Source: an uncultured Spirochaetota bacterium (GTDB lineage: Bacteria > Spirochaetota > Spirochaetia > SZUA-6 > Fen-1364). From it: DNA of 64,000 bases. Shown here piece by piece: positions 36,025-45,096 of this stretch. The position numbers and the translations under genes were made by a program. The stretch's first letter is position 1. Every line of letters starts with the position of its first letter. Under the pieces are notes generated by a model. That model made no database searches. It had not been told where the DNA came from and saw only the letters and a program-made list of their open reading frames with translations. The stretch lies in NCBI GenBank assembly GCA_963734545.1, contig CAVTHO010000007.1, positions 896,001 to 960,000 on the forward strand, written 5' to 3'.

Positions 36025-37350
36025 AACCGGGATGAGTGACATGAGCCTGCGCATCGAGGTCCCCTACGTCACCCGGGTGGAGGGGCACGGAAACATCGTC
36101 ATCGACATGAAGGAAGGAAAGCTGCTCACCTCCCATCTCGAGGTGGTGGAGCCTCCCCGATATTTCGAGGCCATGCTCAAGGGCTACCCGTATACGGACA
36201 TCGCGTTGATCACGTCACGCATCTGCGGCATCTGCTCCGTCGGGCCACCAGATGACGTCGCTGAAGGCCACCGAAAAGGCGCTCGGCATCGGCGTGAGCG
36301 AGCAGACCGTTCTTCTGCGCAAGCTTCTCGTCTACGCCGCCACGATGCAGAGCCACGTTCTGCACATCTATTTCCTTGCGGCCCCTGATCTCCTCGGAGT
36401 GCCTTCAGTCGTCCCGCTGGCCGCAACGCATCCGGACGTGGTCAAGATGGCGCTGCGCATGAAGAAGCTTGCCAACGACATCTGCGACAAGCTCGGGGGA
36501 AGAACCATCCACCCGAACAGGCTCGTACCGGGAGGATTCACCAGGCTCCCTTCCCTGGCCGATCTCACCTGGATCCGCACCAGGCTGGAGCAGCAGATGG
36601 TGCCGGATGCCAAGGCGTCCCTCGCACTCCTCAAGGGCCTGCTTCCGAAGTTTCCGACATTCCAGCGGGAGACGGAATACATCGGGCTGTCTCACGAGAA
36701 GGAATACGCCTTCTACGACGGTGACGTGGCCTCGACGGATGCGGGGCATTTCCCCGTGGACGACTATCTCTCCGTGACGAATGAGTTCGTCGTGCCGCAT
36801 TCCACCTCCAAGCATTGCCGGCATGCGCGGTCCTCGTACTTCGTCGGCGCGCTCGGCAGGTTCAACAACAACTATCAGCGTTTGAACCCGCTGGCAAAGA
36901 CCGTGGCGGCGGAGCTGGGGCTGGCCCCGGTGGTGAAAAACCCCTTCCTCAACACCGCGGTGCAGCTCGTGGAGACGGTGCACGTGGTGGAGGAATCACT
37001 GAAGCTCCTGGATGACCTCCTGGTCAGGGGCATCAAGGAGGAGAAGCCCGTGGTGCCGGAGAGGCTGCGGGAAGGCCGCGCCGCCGAGGCAACCGAAGTA
37101 CCCCGCGGCATCCTCTTTCACGACTACACGTACGACAACCGCGGCCAGGTGGTGAAGGCCAACTGCATCATTCCCACTACGCAGAACACCCAGTGCATCG
37201 ACGATGACATGACGGAGCTGGTGCCCTGGATGCTCGAGCAAGGGCATGACGAAAGACCAGATGACCCTGACCCTGGAGATGCTTGTGCGCGCGTACGACC
37301 CGTGCATCTCCTGCTCGGTGCATTTCCTTGACGTGGAGTTCAGGGAATGA
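36017..37350 (+). CDS. [NiFe] hydrogenase large (alpha) subunit, group 3b-like; frameshifts near 36245 and 37245
   Basis: TRVEGHG, L1 motif RICGIC, EVPRG, L2 motif DPCISCSVH followed by a short cleavable tail. Confidence 0.9.
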
Positions 37351-37802
37351 CGGTCATCGGTCTCGGCAACTCCGCAATGGGGGACGACGGCATCGGCGTG
37401 GAGATTGCCGAGGTTCTCGGCCGTCTGCCGCGGAGCCCCGGAGAGGGCCTGGAAGTCATCAACGCGGCAGAAGACGCTGTTCTGGCCGGCGCATGTGTCG
37501 CCGAGGGAAAGGACGTCCTGCTGGTGGATGCGGTGGACATGAAGAGTGAACCCGGCGCGTGGCAGGTCTTTTCCGCTCACGATCTTCCACAAGGTCTGGA
37601 GACACTTGAGTGTTCCACGCATTCCCTGTCACTGACGACGGTCATAGAGCTTGCGCGCGCGCTCGGGTGCGCGGATCGGCTGCGTATTCTCGGGGTTCAG
37701 GTCGGGGACGTGCGCCCGGGCCGGTTTCTCTCCCCGCGGGTAAGAGAATGCGTTCCGAAGGTAATCGCAAGGATCAGGGAGGAGGTTGAGGCGCTGTCAT
37801 GA
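37347..37802 (+). CDS. Hydrogenase maturation protease
   Basis: IGLGNSAMGDDGIG, LLVDAV, STH. Confidence 0.9.
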   Translation: MTVIGLGNSAMGDDGIGVEIAEVLGRLPRSPGEGLEVINAAEDAVLAGACVAEGKDVLLVDAVDMKSEPGAWQVFSAHDLPQGLETLECSTHSLSLTTVIELARALGCADRLRILGVQVGDVRPGRFLSPRVRECVPKVIARIREEVEALS

Positions 37803-38182
37803 AATACATACTGATTGTCGACGACGACAGAGACGTATTCGAATCCATGAAGATCGTCCTGGAGGCAGAAGGCTACCGCGTGGAGTGGGCCACGAACGGG
37901 CCCGAGGCAATTCAGAAGGCGAAAGCGTCGAAACCCGACCTGATGATCCTGGATGTGATGATGAACAGCGACGACGAGGGTTTCCAGGTCACCTACAAGA
38001 TGAAGCAGGACAGCGATCTCTCCGGCATCCCGATCGTCATGGTGACGAGCGTCGGCTCCCGTACCGGCTTCTCATTCGACCGCGGGCGCGACGAGGACTT
38101 CCTGCCCGTGAACGAGTTCCTGGAAAAACCGGTGGATCCGCGGGTGCTCGTGGACAAGGTGCGCGAGAACCTGGGACATTAG
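37799..38182 (+). CDS. Single-domain response regulator
   Basis: ILIVDDD, LMILDVMM, IVMVTS, FLEKPVD. Confidence 0.92.
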   Translation: MKYILIVDDDRDVFESMKIVLEAEGYRVEWATNGPEAIQKAKASKPDLMILDVMMNSDDEGFQVTYKMKQDSDLSGIPIVMVTSVGSRTGFSFDRGRDEDFLPVNEFLEKPVDPRVLVDKVRENLGH

Positions 38183-38194
38183 GCTGCGGCCGGC

Positions 38195-39263
38195 TCAGCC
38201 CCCCAGGACCGTCTGCTCGATCCTGCGCACCTGCTCCCGGTACAGCGAGACGATCTGCGTGCCGTAGTCGGCGATGAGCTGGATGATGTTGCGCGGCTTC
38301 TCCCCGTCGTCGCGGCCGTTGATCCTGTCCCCGGCATCACCGAGACCGGGAAGGATGTAGGCCTTGGTGTTCAGCACGGGATCCATCCACAGCGTGTAGA
38401 TCTCCGCCCTCTCCAGCGCGCGCACGATCCGAAGCGCTCCCTTCAGCACCGAGATGACGTTGAAGAACTTGATCGAGCGGGGCCGCACGCCCGCGGTCCA
38501 GCAGGTACTTCACGACCGTGACGAGGCTGCCGCCCGTGGCGTTCATGGGGTCCGCGAAGAACAGGTCCTTTCCGTCCAGGGCGGCGGGGTCGAAGTACGA
38601 GAGGTCGAGGTTCAGCACGTACTCCATGTTCGCCTTCTTCCTTCGTGTCGTCGCGGGAGATCTTGAACAGGGCGAAAGGCGTGACGTACCCGTGGGAGGA
38701 GTACTCCTGGATCTCCTTGGACATGATCATGGCCGGCAGGAGCGCCCCGCGCAGCATGACGCACATGACCGCGTTCTCGATGCGCTCGTCCACGTCGGGG
38801 ATCTTGTGCACGGCGAAGTTCTGCACGGGCAGGGTCACCGGCGTGCGCACGACGATGTGGTTCTTCTTGTCTCGCGTGGACGAGCCGAAGGCGAAGTTGA
38901 ACAGCAGCTCGTAGGCGCGCTGCGTGTAGTAGACGAACTCGGGATGCTCGGTGCGGGCGTCGCGGAGCTTCGCGATCAGGCGCGAGACCTCGCCGTGCAC
39001 CTCCCGCGGCGTCTCGAAGGAGTACACGTGGACGCGCGGTTCGCGGGCCACGATCTCCTGCATCTCGTGGCCCATCTCGTTGGACAGCGCGATGAGGTCC
39101 TCGGTGGCCTTCGTCGTGCTCGCGCCGCGCGGGTCGTCGTCCGCGAGCACCGTGAAGAGCTCGAGGGCTCGCCGAACTGGCGTTCATGTCCTCGATGGTT
39201 TTCTTGTCCCCGGCGGTGAGGTAGCCGTCGAGGTCCTGCGCCTTCAGATATTACCTTTGCCAT
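38195..39263 (-). CDS. Uracil phosphoribosyltransferase-like protein with N-terminal extension (frameshifted in assembly)
   Basis: [22 protein letters not shown] loop, [16 protein letters not shown]. Confidence 0.75.
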
Positions 39264-39330
39264 GACATCCACGGTACAACGGCCCGCCGGGGAGTGGTCA
39301 ATCGAATGCGCCCGGTGTACTTTGCTCACG

Positions 39331-41648
39331 GTGATCAGAAAGCGCTTCCTCTTCCGCGGCACCATCCAGGGGGTCGGATTCCGGCCGGCGATCTACCGCC
39401 TGGCCGTCTCCCTCGGGCTTCCGGGCTTCGTGCAGAACCGCCGATCGGAGGTCGTCGCCGAGGTGCAGGGTGATGAGGAGGCGCCTGGGGCGTTTCGCGT
39501 CCCTGCTCGCCGCCTCCCTTCCTCCTGCCGCGCGCATCGAATGCCGTCACGTCGACGCGTGATCGAGCCGCGGACGGACGAGAACGGGTTTCAGATCGTC
39601 GAGAGCGCCGCGGACGTCTACGCCTTTCCGCCCATCCCGCCCGACCTCCCTGTCTGCGCGGACTGCGCGCGGGAGCTCCTGGATCCCGCGCAACCGCCGG
39701 TACCTCTACCCCTTCATCACCTGCACCCAGTGCGGCCCGCGGTACTCGATCGTGCCAGCGCACGCCCTTCGACCGGGAGAACACCTCGATGCAGCCTTTC
39801 ACGCAGTGCCCGGCGTGCGCGGCCGAGTACACGGACCCGGCGGACCGGCGGTTCCACTCCCAGACGAACTCGTGCGCCGCGTGCGGCCCCACGGCTTGCC
39901 TGCATCGACGCAGGCGGCAGGCCGCCGGGACGGCGATCCGCTCGCCGCGGCCGTCAGCCGCACTCGCGGAGGGAATGATCGTTGCAGTCGAAGGTATCGG
40001 CGGCTTTCACCTTGCCGCCGACCCGAGGCACCCAGGGGCCATGGCAAAGCTCCGACGGGACAAGGAGCGTGAGCGAAAACCGTTCGCGCTCATGGTCCGC
40101 GACATCGAGGAGGCCCGCGCGCTGTGCCATCTCTCGCCGATGGACGAACGGCTGCTCGTGTCTCCCGAAGCGCCCATCGTGATCGCTCCGCGAAGACCGG
40201 GCTCTCCCGCCGTGGCTCCGCGATGTCTCGGACACCGACACGCTCGGCATCATGCTCCCCTACACCCCCCTGCACCTGCTGCTCTTCCGTCACCCGGGCG
40301 TCGACGATCCCCTATGGCGCACCTGGTCATGACCTCGGGCAATCGCGCGAACGAGCCGATCATCACCGATCCCGACGAGGCGCGCGAGAAGCTCGGCGGC
40401 GTGGCGGATGTCTTCCTCTGCCACGATCGTCGGATCGTGTTCCGCACGGATGATTCCATCGTCCGCGCCGGGCGCATCCTCCGCGCCGTTTCTCCTTCGC
40501 AGATCGCGCGGGTACGTGCCGCGCCTGCTCTCGCTGGCCTCCGGATGTGCGCGGCGTCGTGCTGGGGGTCGGAGGCGATCTGAAGAACGCCCCGGCACTG
40601 GCACGCGGGCGCGACGCTCCACCTCTGCCCCTTCAACGGGGACCTGGAGGATCCCGTCACCCTCTCGCAGTTCGATGACACGATCCGGCAGGTCCTGGAG
40701 CTCTACGGCGTCACGCCGGATCTTGTCGTGCGCGACATGCACCCCCTCTACCACTCGTCCCGGTGGGCGCAAAACCTCCCCTGGCACGGGATTGCCATTC
40801 AGCATCATTTCGCCCATGCGCTTTCGGTGATGGCGGAGCACGGGCTGGAAGAAGTCATTGCGCTCACGTTCGACGGCACCGGCTACGGGACCGACGGCAC
40901 GGTCTGGGGCGGAGAGTTCCTCCATGCCACCAGGCAGAGCTTCACGCGCCTGGGGAGCTTCGCGCCCTTTGCGCTCCCGGGAGGGGAGGCAGCGGTCCTG
41001 AACCCGGCACGCATCGCATTCGCCCTGCTGGCGGAGAGCAGGGCGCCCGAATCGATGAAAGGGGCAGGAATTCCAGGGATAGACGCCCGCCAGGGGGAGT
41101 TGCTGCGTGCCATGCTCGACCGCGGCGTGAACTGCCCTGTCACCACCTCACTCGGGCGGGTATTCGACGCCGCTGCCGCCATCCTCGGCCTCGTCGAGCA
41201 GGTGACCTATGAAGGAGAGGGACCGATCAGGCTCGAGGGTTTCGGCCTGAGCGCATTCACTCCGGGGAATTCGGGGCTCGCTGAAAAGCAAGCCGCCGCG
41301 CTCCTTCCTTTTCTACCGTCTACGGGAGACGAGCGGCTCTTTCTCATCGACCCTCGCCCTCTCCTCTCTCATCTGCTGACGGAGCGGAAAGCGCGCGCTG
41401 TCCCGGCGCTTTCCCTGGTTTTTCACGAGGCCATCGCTCGCGCGTCCCTGCAGGGCGCGAGGAAGCTGCGAAGCGCCACGGGGATTTCCCGGATCGCCCT
41501 CTCGGGAGGAGTCTTCCAGAATCTCCTCCTGCGCGAGCTTCTGGTGCCCCTCTTGATCAAAGAAGGATTTGAGGTTTTCCTCAATGTGCAGGTGCCTCCG
41601 GGAGACGGCGGGCTCTCCGTCGGGCAGGCGTGGTTCCAGGAAAGCTGA
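39331..41648 (+). CDS. hypF: Hydrogenase maturation carbamoyltransferase (frameshifted in assembly)
   Basis: [14 protein letters not shown] and CPAC Zn fingers, [41 protein letters not shown]. Confidence 0.92.
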
Positions 41649-41657
41649 GGTGTGCCA

Positions 41658-41897
41658 ATGTGCCTTGCGACTCCGATGCGGATCGAGAAACTGCTCGAGG
41701 GAGGGCGCGCAATCGTCTCCCAGGGAAACGTGCATGTGGAGGTGAACGTGTCGCTTCTCCAGAATCCGAAGCCGGGGGACCACGTCATCATCCACGCGGG
41801 GTTCGCGATAGAGACGCTGTCACTCGTCGAGGCGGAGGAACGGCTCGCCCTGTTCCGCAAGCTCGCCGAGCTTTCAGGAGAGACGGGCGGCGCATGA
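41658..41897 (+). CDS. hypC: Hydrogenase maturation chaperone
   Basis: MCLATP, GDHVIIHAGFAI. Confidence 0.95.
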   Translation: MCLATPMRIEKLLEGGRAIVSQGNVHVEVNVSLLQNPKPGDHVIIHAGFAIETLSLVEAEERLALFRKLAELSGETGGA

Positions 41898-42974
41898 GCG
41901 GGGAGCGGGAGCTGGCCTCCGCGCTGGTCGCCGAGATCGAAAGGACCGCTGCCGGCGATCGGTCGTCCCGTTCGAATCATGGAGGTCTGCGGCACCCATA
42001 CCGTGGAGCTTCGGCGGCAGGGGATCCATTCACTTCTCCCGCGCGGCATCGCACTCGTGTCGGGGCCCGGCTGCCCGGTGTGCGTGACACCGGCGGGCTA
42101 CGTGGACAACGCCCTCTCGCTCGCCGAGTCGGGGCGCGCCGTCATTGCGAGCTTCGGAGACATGCTGAAGGTCCCCGGCTCGTCCGGTCGCTCGCTCGCT
42201 TCGCTTTCCGCCGGCGGGCAGGCGAAGCTCGTGTACTCTCCCGCTGAGCTCGTCGGGATTGCCCGCACGTCCGGCGCGCCCGTGGTCTTCCTTGCCGTGG
42301 GATTCGAGACGACGATCCCCACCGTCATGTCAGCGCTTCTGGAGGCTCGGGACAAGGGAATCGACAACCTCTATCTCTACACGGCTTTCAAGACCGTGCC
42401 TCCTGCGCTCCGCTTCCTCCTTGCCAACCCGGAGCATGGCATCGACGGGTTTCTCCTCCCCGGGCACGTGTCCGTTGTCATCGGAGCAGACGCCTATGGG
42501 TTCCTCGAAGGTCCGGAAGGAAGACCGGGGGTCATCACCGGCTTCGAGCCCCTCGATATGCTCCTTGGCATACTCCTGGTTCTGCGCCAGGTCCGCAAGG
42601 GCACACGCCGCGTGGAAAACGCCTACCCGCGCGCCGTGCGGCCCGGCGGTAATCCGCGGGCACGCGGCATGATGGAGCGCACGCTCGAGCCCCGGGACGA
42701 AACGTGGCGCGGGCTGGGTGTGATTCCCGGCGCGGCGCTCGGTCTGAAGCCCGCGCTTGCAGAGAGTGATGCGGCAAAGGTCTTCTCGCTTCCCGCGGCG
42801 GCGGATGCCGAAGCGCCGGGCTGCATCTGCGCGCGGGTCGTGGCAGGCATGGCGACGCCGCCCCAGTGCCCGCTTTTCGGCGCCCGGTGCACTCCCGATG
42901 ACCCCGTGGGACCCTGCATGGTTTCTTCCGAGGGAACATGTGCCGCGTATTTCCGCTACGGAGACGGGATGTGA
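41894..42974 (+). CDS. hypD: Hydrogenase maturation protein
   Basis: MEVCGTHT, GPGCPVC, GFETT, PGHVS, GPCMVSSEGTCAA. Confidence 0.95.
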
Positions 42975-43980
42975 AGGAAGAAGGCCTCATCCGGCTCGAG
43001 CACGGCAGCGGCGGCGCGCTCTCGCGCGACCTTGTCGAATCCGTGATCCATCCCTTCTTCCGCTCCGCGTCCTACCCCGAGCTTTCCGACTCGAGTCCCG
43101 TGGAGGCCGGTTCCGAATTCCTGATGACGACAGACGGCTACGTGGTCGATCCGCCTTTCTTTCCCGGCGGAGACATCGGCGGCCTTTCCGTCTGGGGCAC
43201 CTGCAACGATCTGGCAGTTTGCGGCGCAAAGCCGATCTGTGTGTCCCTGGCGCTCGTTCTCGAAGAGGGATTTGCCGTCGCTGACCTGAAACGTGTCCTC
43301 GGGTCCGCGGCCGCGGCGGCGAGGGAGGCGGACACGCGGATCGTGACAGGAGACACCAAGGTGGTTCCCCGGGGAAAGGGGGAGGAATCTTCGTCACAAC
43401 GGCTGGCCTGGGAAGACGCACATTCCCGGGGGTGCTGTCCCCCTCACGCATCCGGGAAGGTGACAGCGTGATCATTTCCGGTCCCATTGGCTCGCACGGA
43501 TTGACCGTGCTCGCTGCGCGTGAGTCGCTTCCGGTCGCCGGCGCGCTGCGCTCCGACATGGCCTTTCTCTACCCTCTGGCGAGCCTGCTCTTCCCCCTGG
43601 GGGATTCACTGCGTTTTCTCCGCGATGCGACCCGGGGCGGCATCGCCGCTGTGCTGAACGAGGCGGTGCACGGTGCGGCCTGGGGAATCAGGATGGGGGA
43701 AGCGGAGATCCCGGTCACGGAGGAAGTACGCACGGTGGCGGACCTTCTCGGCCTGAATCCGCTCGAGATCGCAAATGAGGGAGTATTCGTCGCGGTTGTG
43801 GCTGCTCCGGCGGAAGCGGCCGCGCTGCAGGCCTTGCACGCACACCCCCTGGGCAGGGCCGCGCGCCGTGTCGGACATGTCTCCATCGAGAATCCAGGTA
43901 CTGTTCTCATGACCACGAGGATCGGCGGGACAAGGAGAGTTGATTTTCCGAGGGGGCTTCTGCTGCCCCGGATCTGCTGA
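42971..43980 (+). CDS. hypE: Hydrogenase maturation dehydratase; frameshift near 43380
   Basis: HGSGG, GDIG, NDLA, TGDTKVV, RDATRGG, ANEG, C-terminal LPRIC. Confidence 0.95.
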
Positions 43981-43990
43981 GCGGCAGACC

Positions 43991-44530
43991 CTACGTACAA
44001 TCCCCTTCGTACTGCACCAGCGTGTTGACGGAAAAAGCAGAGAGGACCTTCTGGTAGTGGAGGAAGGGAAGCCCCACGACGCCGAATATTCCGATGACCT
44101 TTGCTCCCCCCAGCGCGAGGAGCTGGGCCGCGGCGTTCAGCGTGCCCCCCGTCGCGATCAGGTCATCCACCAGGAGGAGGCGCTGACCGGGGCGCACGTC
44201 GCTTCTGTGCATCTCCAGAACGTCTTCGCCGTATTCAAGGGTGAACCCAATGCGATAGGTTTCCCCGGGGAGCTTTCCCTTCTTTCTCAGCAGTATCAGG
44301 GGGAGCCCGCGCCGAACGGCATACGGCGCGGCAAAAATGAAGCCGCGGGACTCAATGGCAGCGACCCCGTCCACCTTCTCCTTCTCATAGAGCTCTTCCA
44401 TTCTGTCAATGCAGTACGAAAAGGCCTTCGGGTTCACGAGTATTCCGGTAATGTCATAGAACAGCACGCCGGGCTTGGGAAAGTCGGGGACCTTGCGGAT
44501 CGCCTGGTCGATGATCTCATGCGTGGGCAT
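43991..44530 (-). CDS. apt: Adenine phosphoribosyltransferase
   Basis: PDFPKPGVLFYDIT, IESRGF, RKKGKLPG, LEYG, VDDLIATGGT. Confidence 0.95.
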   Translation of the reverse strand: MPTHEIIDQAIRKVPDFPKPGVLFYDITGILVNPKAFSYCIDRMEELYEKEKVDGVAAIESRGFIFAAPYAVRRGLPLILLRKKGKLPGETYRIGFTLEYGEDVLEMHRSDVRPGQRLLLVDDLIATGGTLNAAAQLLALGGAKVIGIFGVVGLPFLHYQKVLSAFSVNTLVQYEGDCT

Positions 44531-44960
44531 TCTTCGACTCCTGGTGGAAAGCAACGAGCTTCTTCACCCACGCGGCAATCTCGGAGGGAGCGCCGGACTT
44601 GGGGTCCGAAAAGAGAGAATCTTCCTCCCACGTCGATATCTCGGTGTCCTTCAGCGCCTTGCGCAGCCGTCCCGTGGCCTTCTCCGAGCCCATTGAAAAA
44701 AGGCCCGCCGTTCTTCCCGCCAGGGTGACACCCTTGAAAACACGGAGGCATTCCGCGTACTCCGAAGGGACGTCGGAGGAGTTCGTTTTCTGCGTGCCCA
44801 ATACGACGATTTCCGCAGCGGTGATGTCCGCGATGCTGGCTTCGGTGACCATTTTGGCAAGGGGAGCGAGCATTGCGGCATCGAACGCCCCTGCGACGGC
44901 CTCGACGACCCTGCGATTTTCGGCGGAATCCGGGGCCCAGAGTATCAGCACGCTGTGCAT
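44517..44960 (-). CDS. Flavodoxin-fold-like protein with degenerate FMN loop
   Basis: VLILW-APDSAEN-RRVVEAVA, IVVLGT, LAGRTAGLFS topology. Confidence 0.55.
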   Translation of the reverse strand: MHSVLILWAPDSAENRRVVEAVAGAFDAAMLAPLAKMVTEASIADITAAEIVVLGTQKTNSSDVPSEYAECLRVFKGVTLAGRTAGLFSMGSEKATGRLRKALKDTEISTWEEDSLFSDPKSGAPSEIAAWVKKLVAFHQESKNAHA

Positions 44961-44978
44961 TCGCCTCTCCTGCACTGA

Positions 44979-45007
44979 AGTCTAACAATCGAAATATGCC
45001 TTGTCAA
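44979..45007 (-). promoter_or_regulatory. sigma70 promoter for the flavodoxin-like gene and apt
   Basis: Minus strand TTGACA-N17-TAGACT. Confidence 0.65.
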
Positions 45008-45096
45008 ATTGAAAAATCGGCATAACGGCAGGCTTTTGGGGGTTGGAGTTTCTTTACATATGGAATATCCTTGTACTGGCGAAGCCATAGAGCGTT

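Noticed and set aside
37290-37325. Selenocysteine [NiFeSe] hydrogenase
   Set aside because: The L2 motif uses TGC codons (DPCISC); no in-frame TGA.
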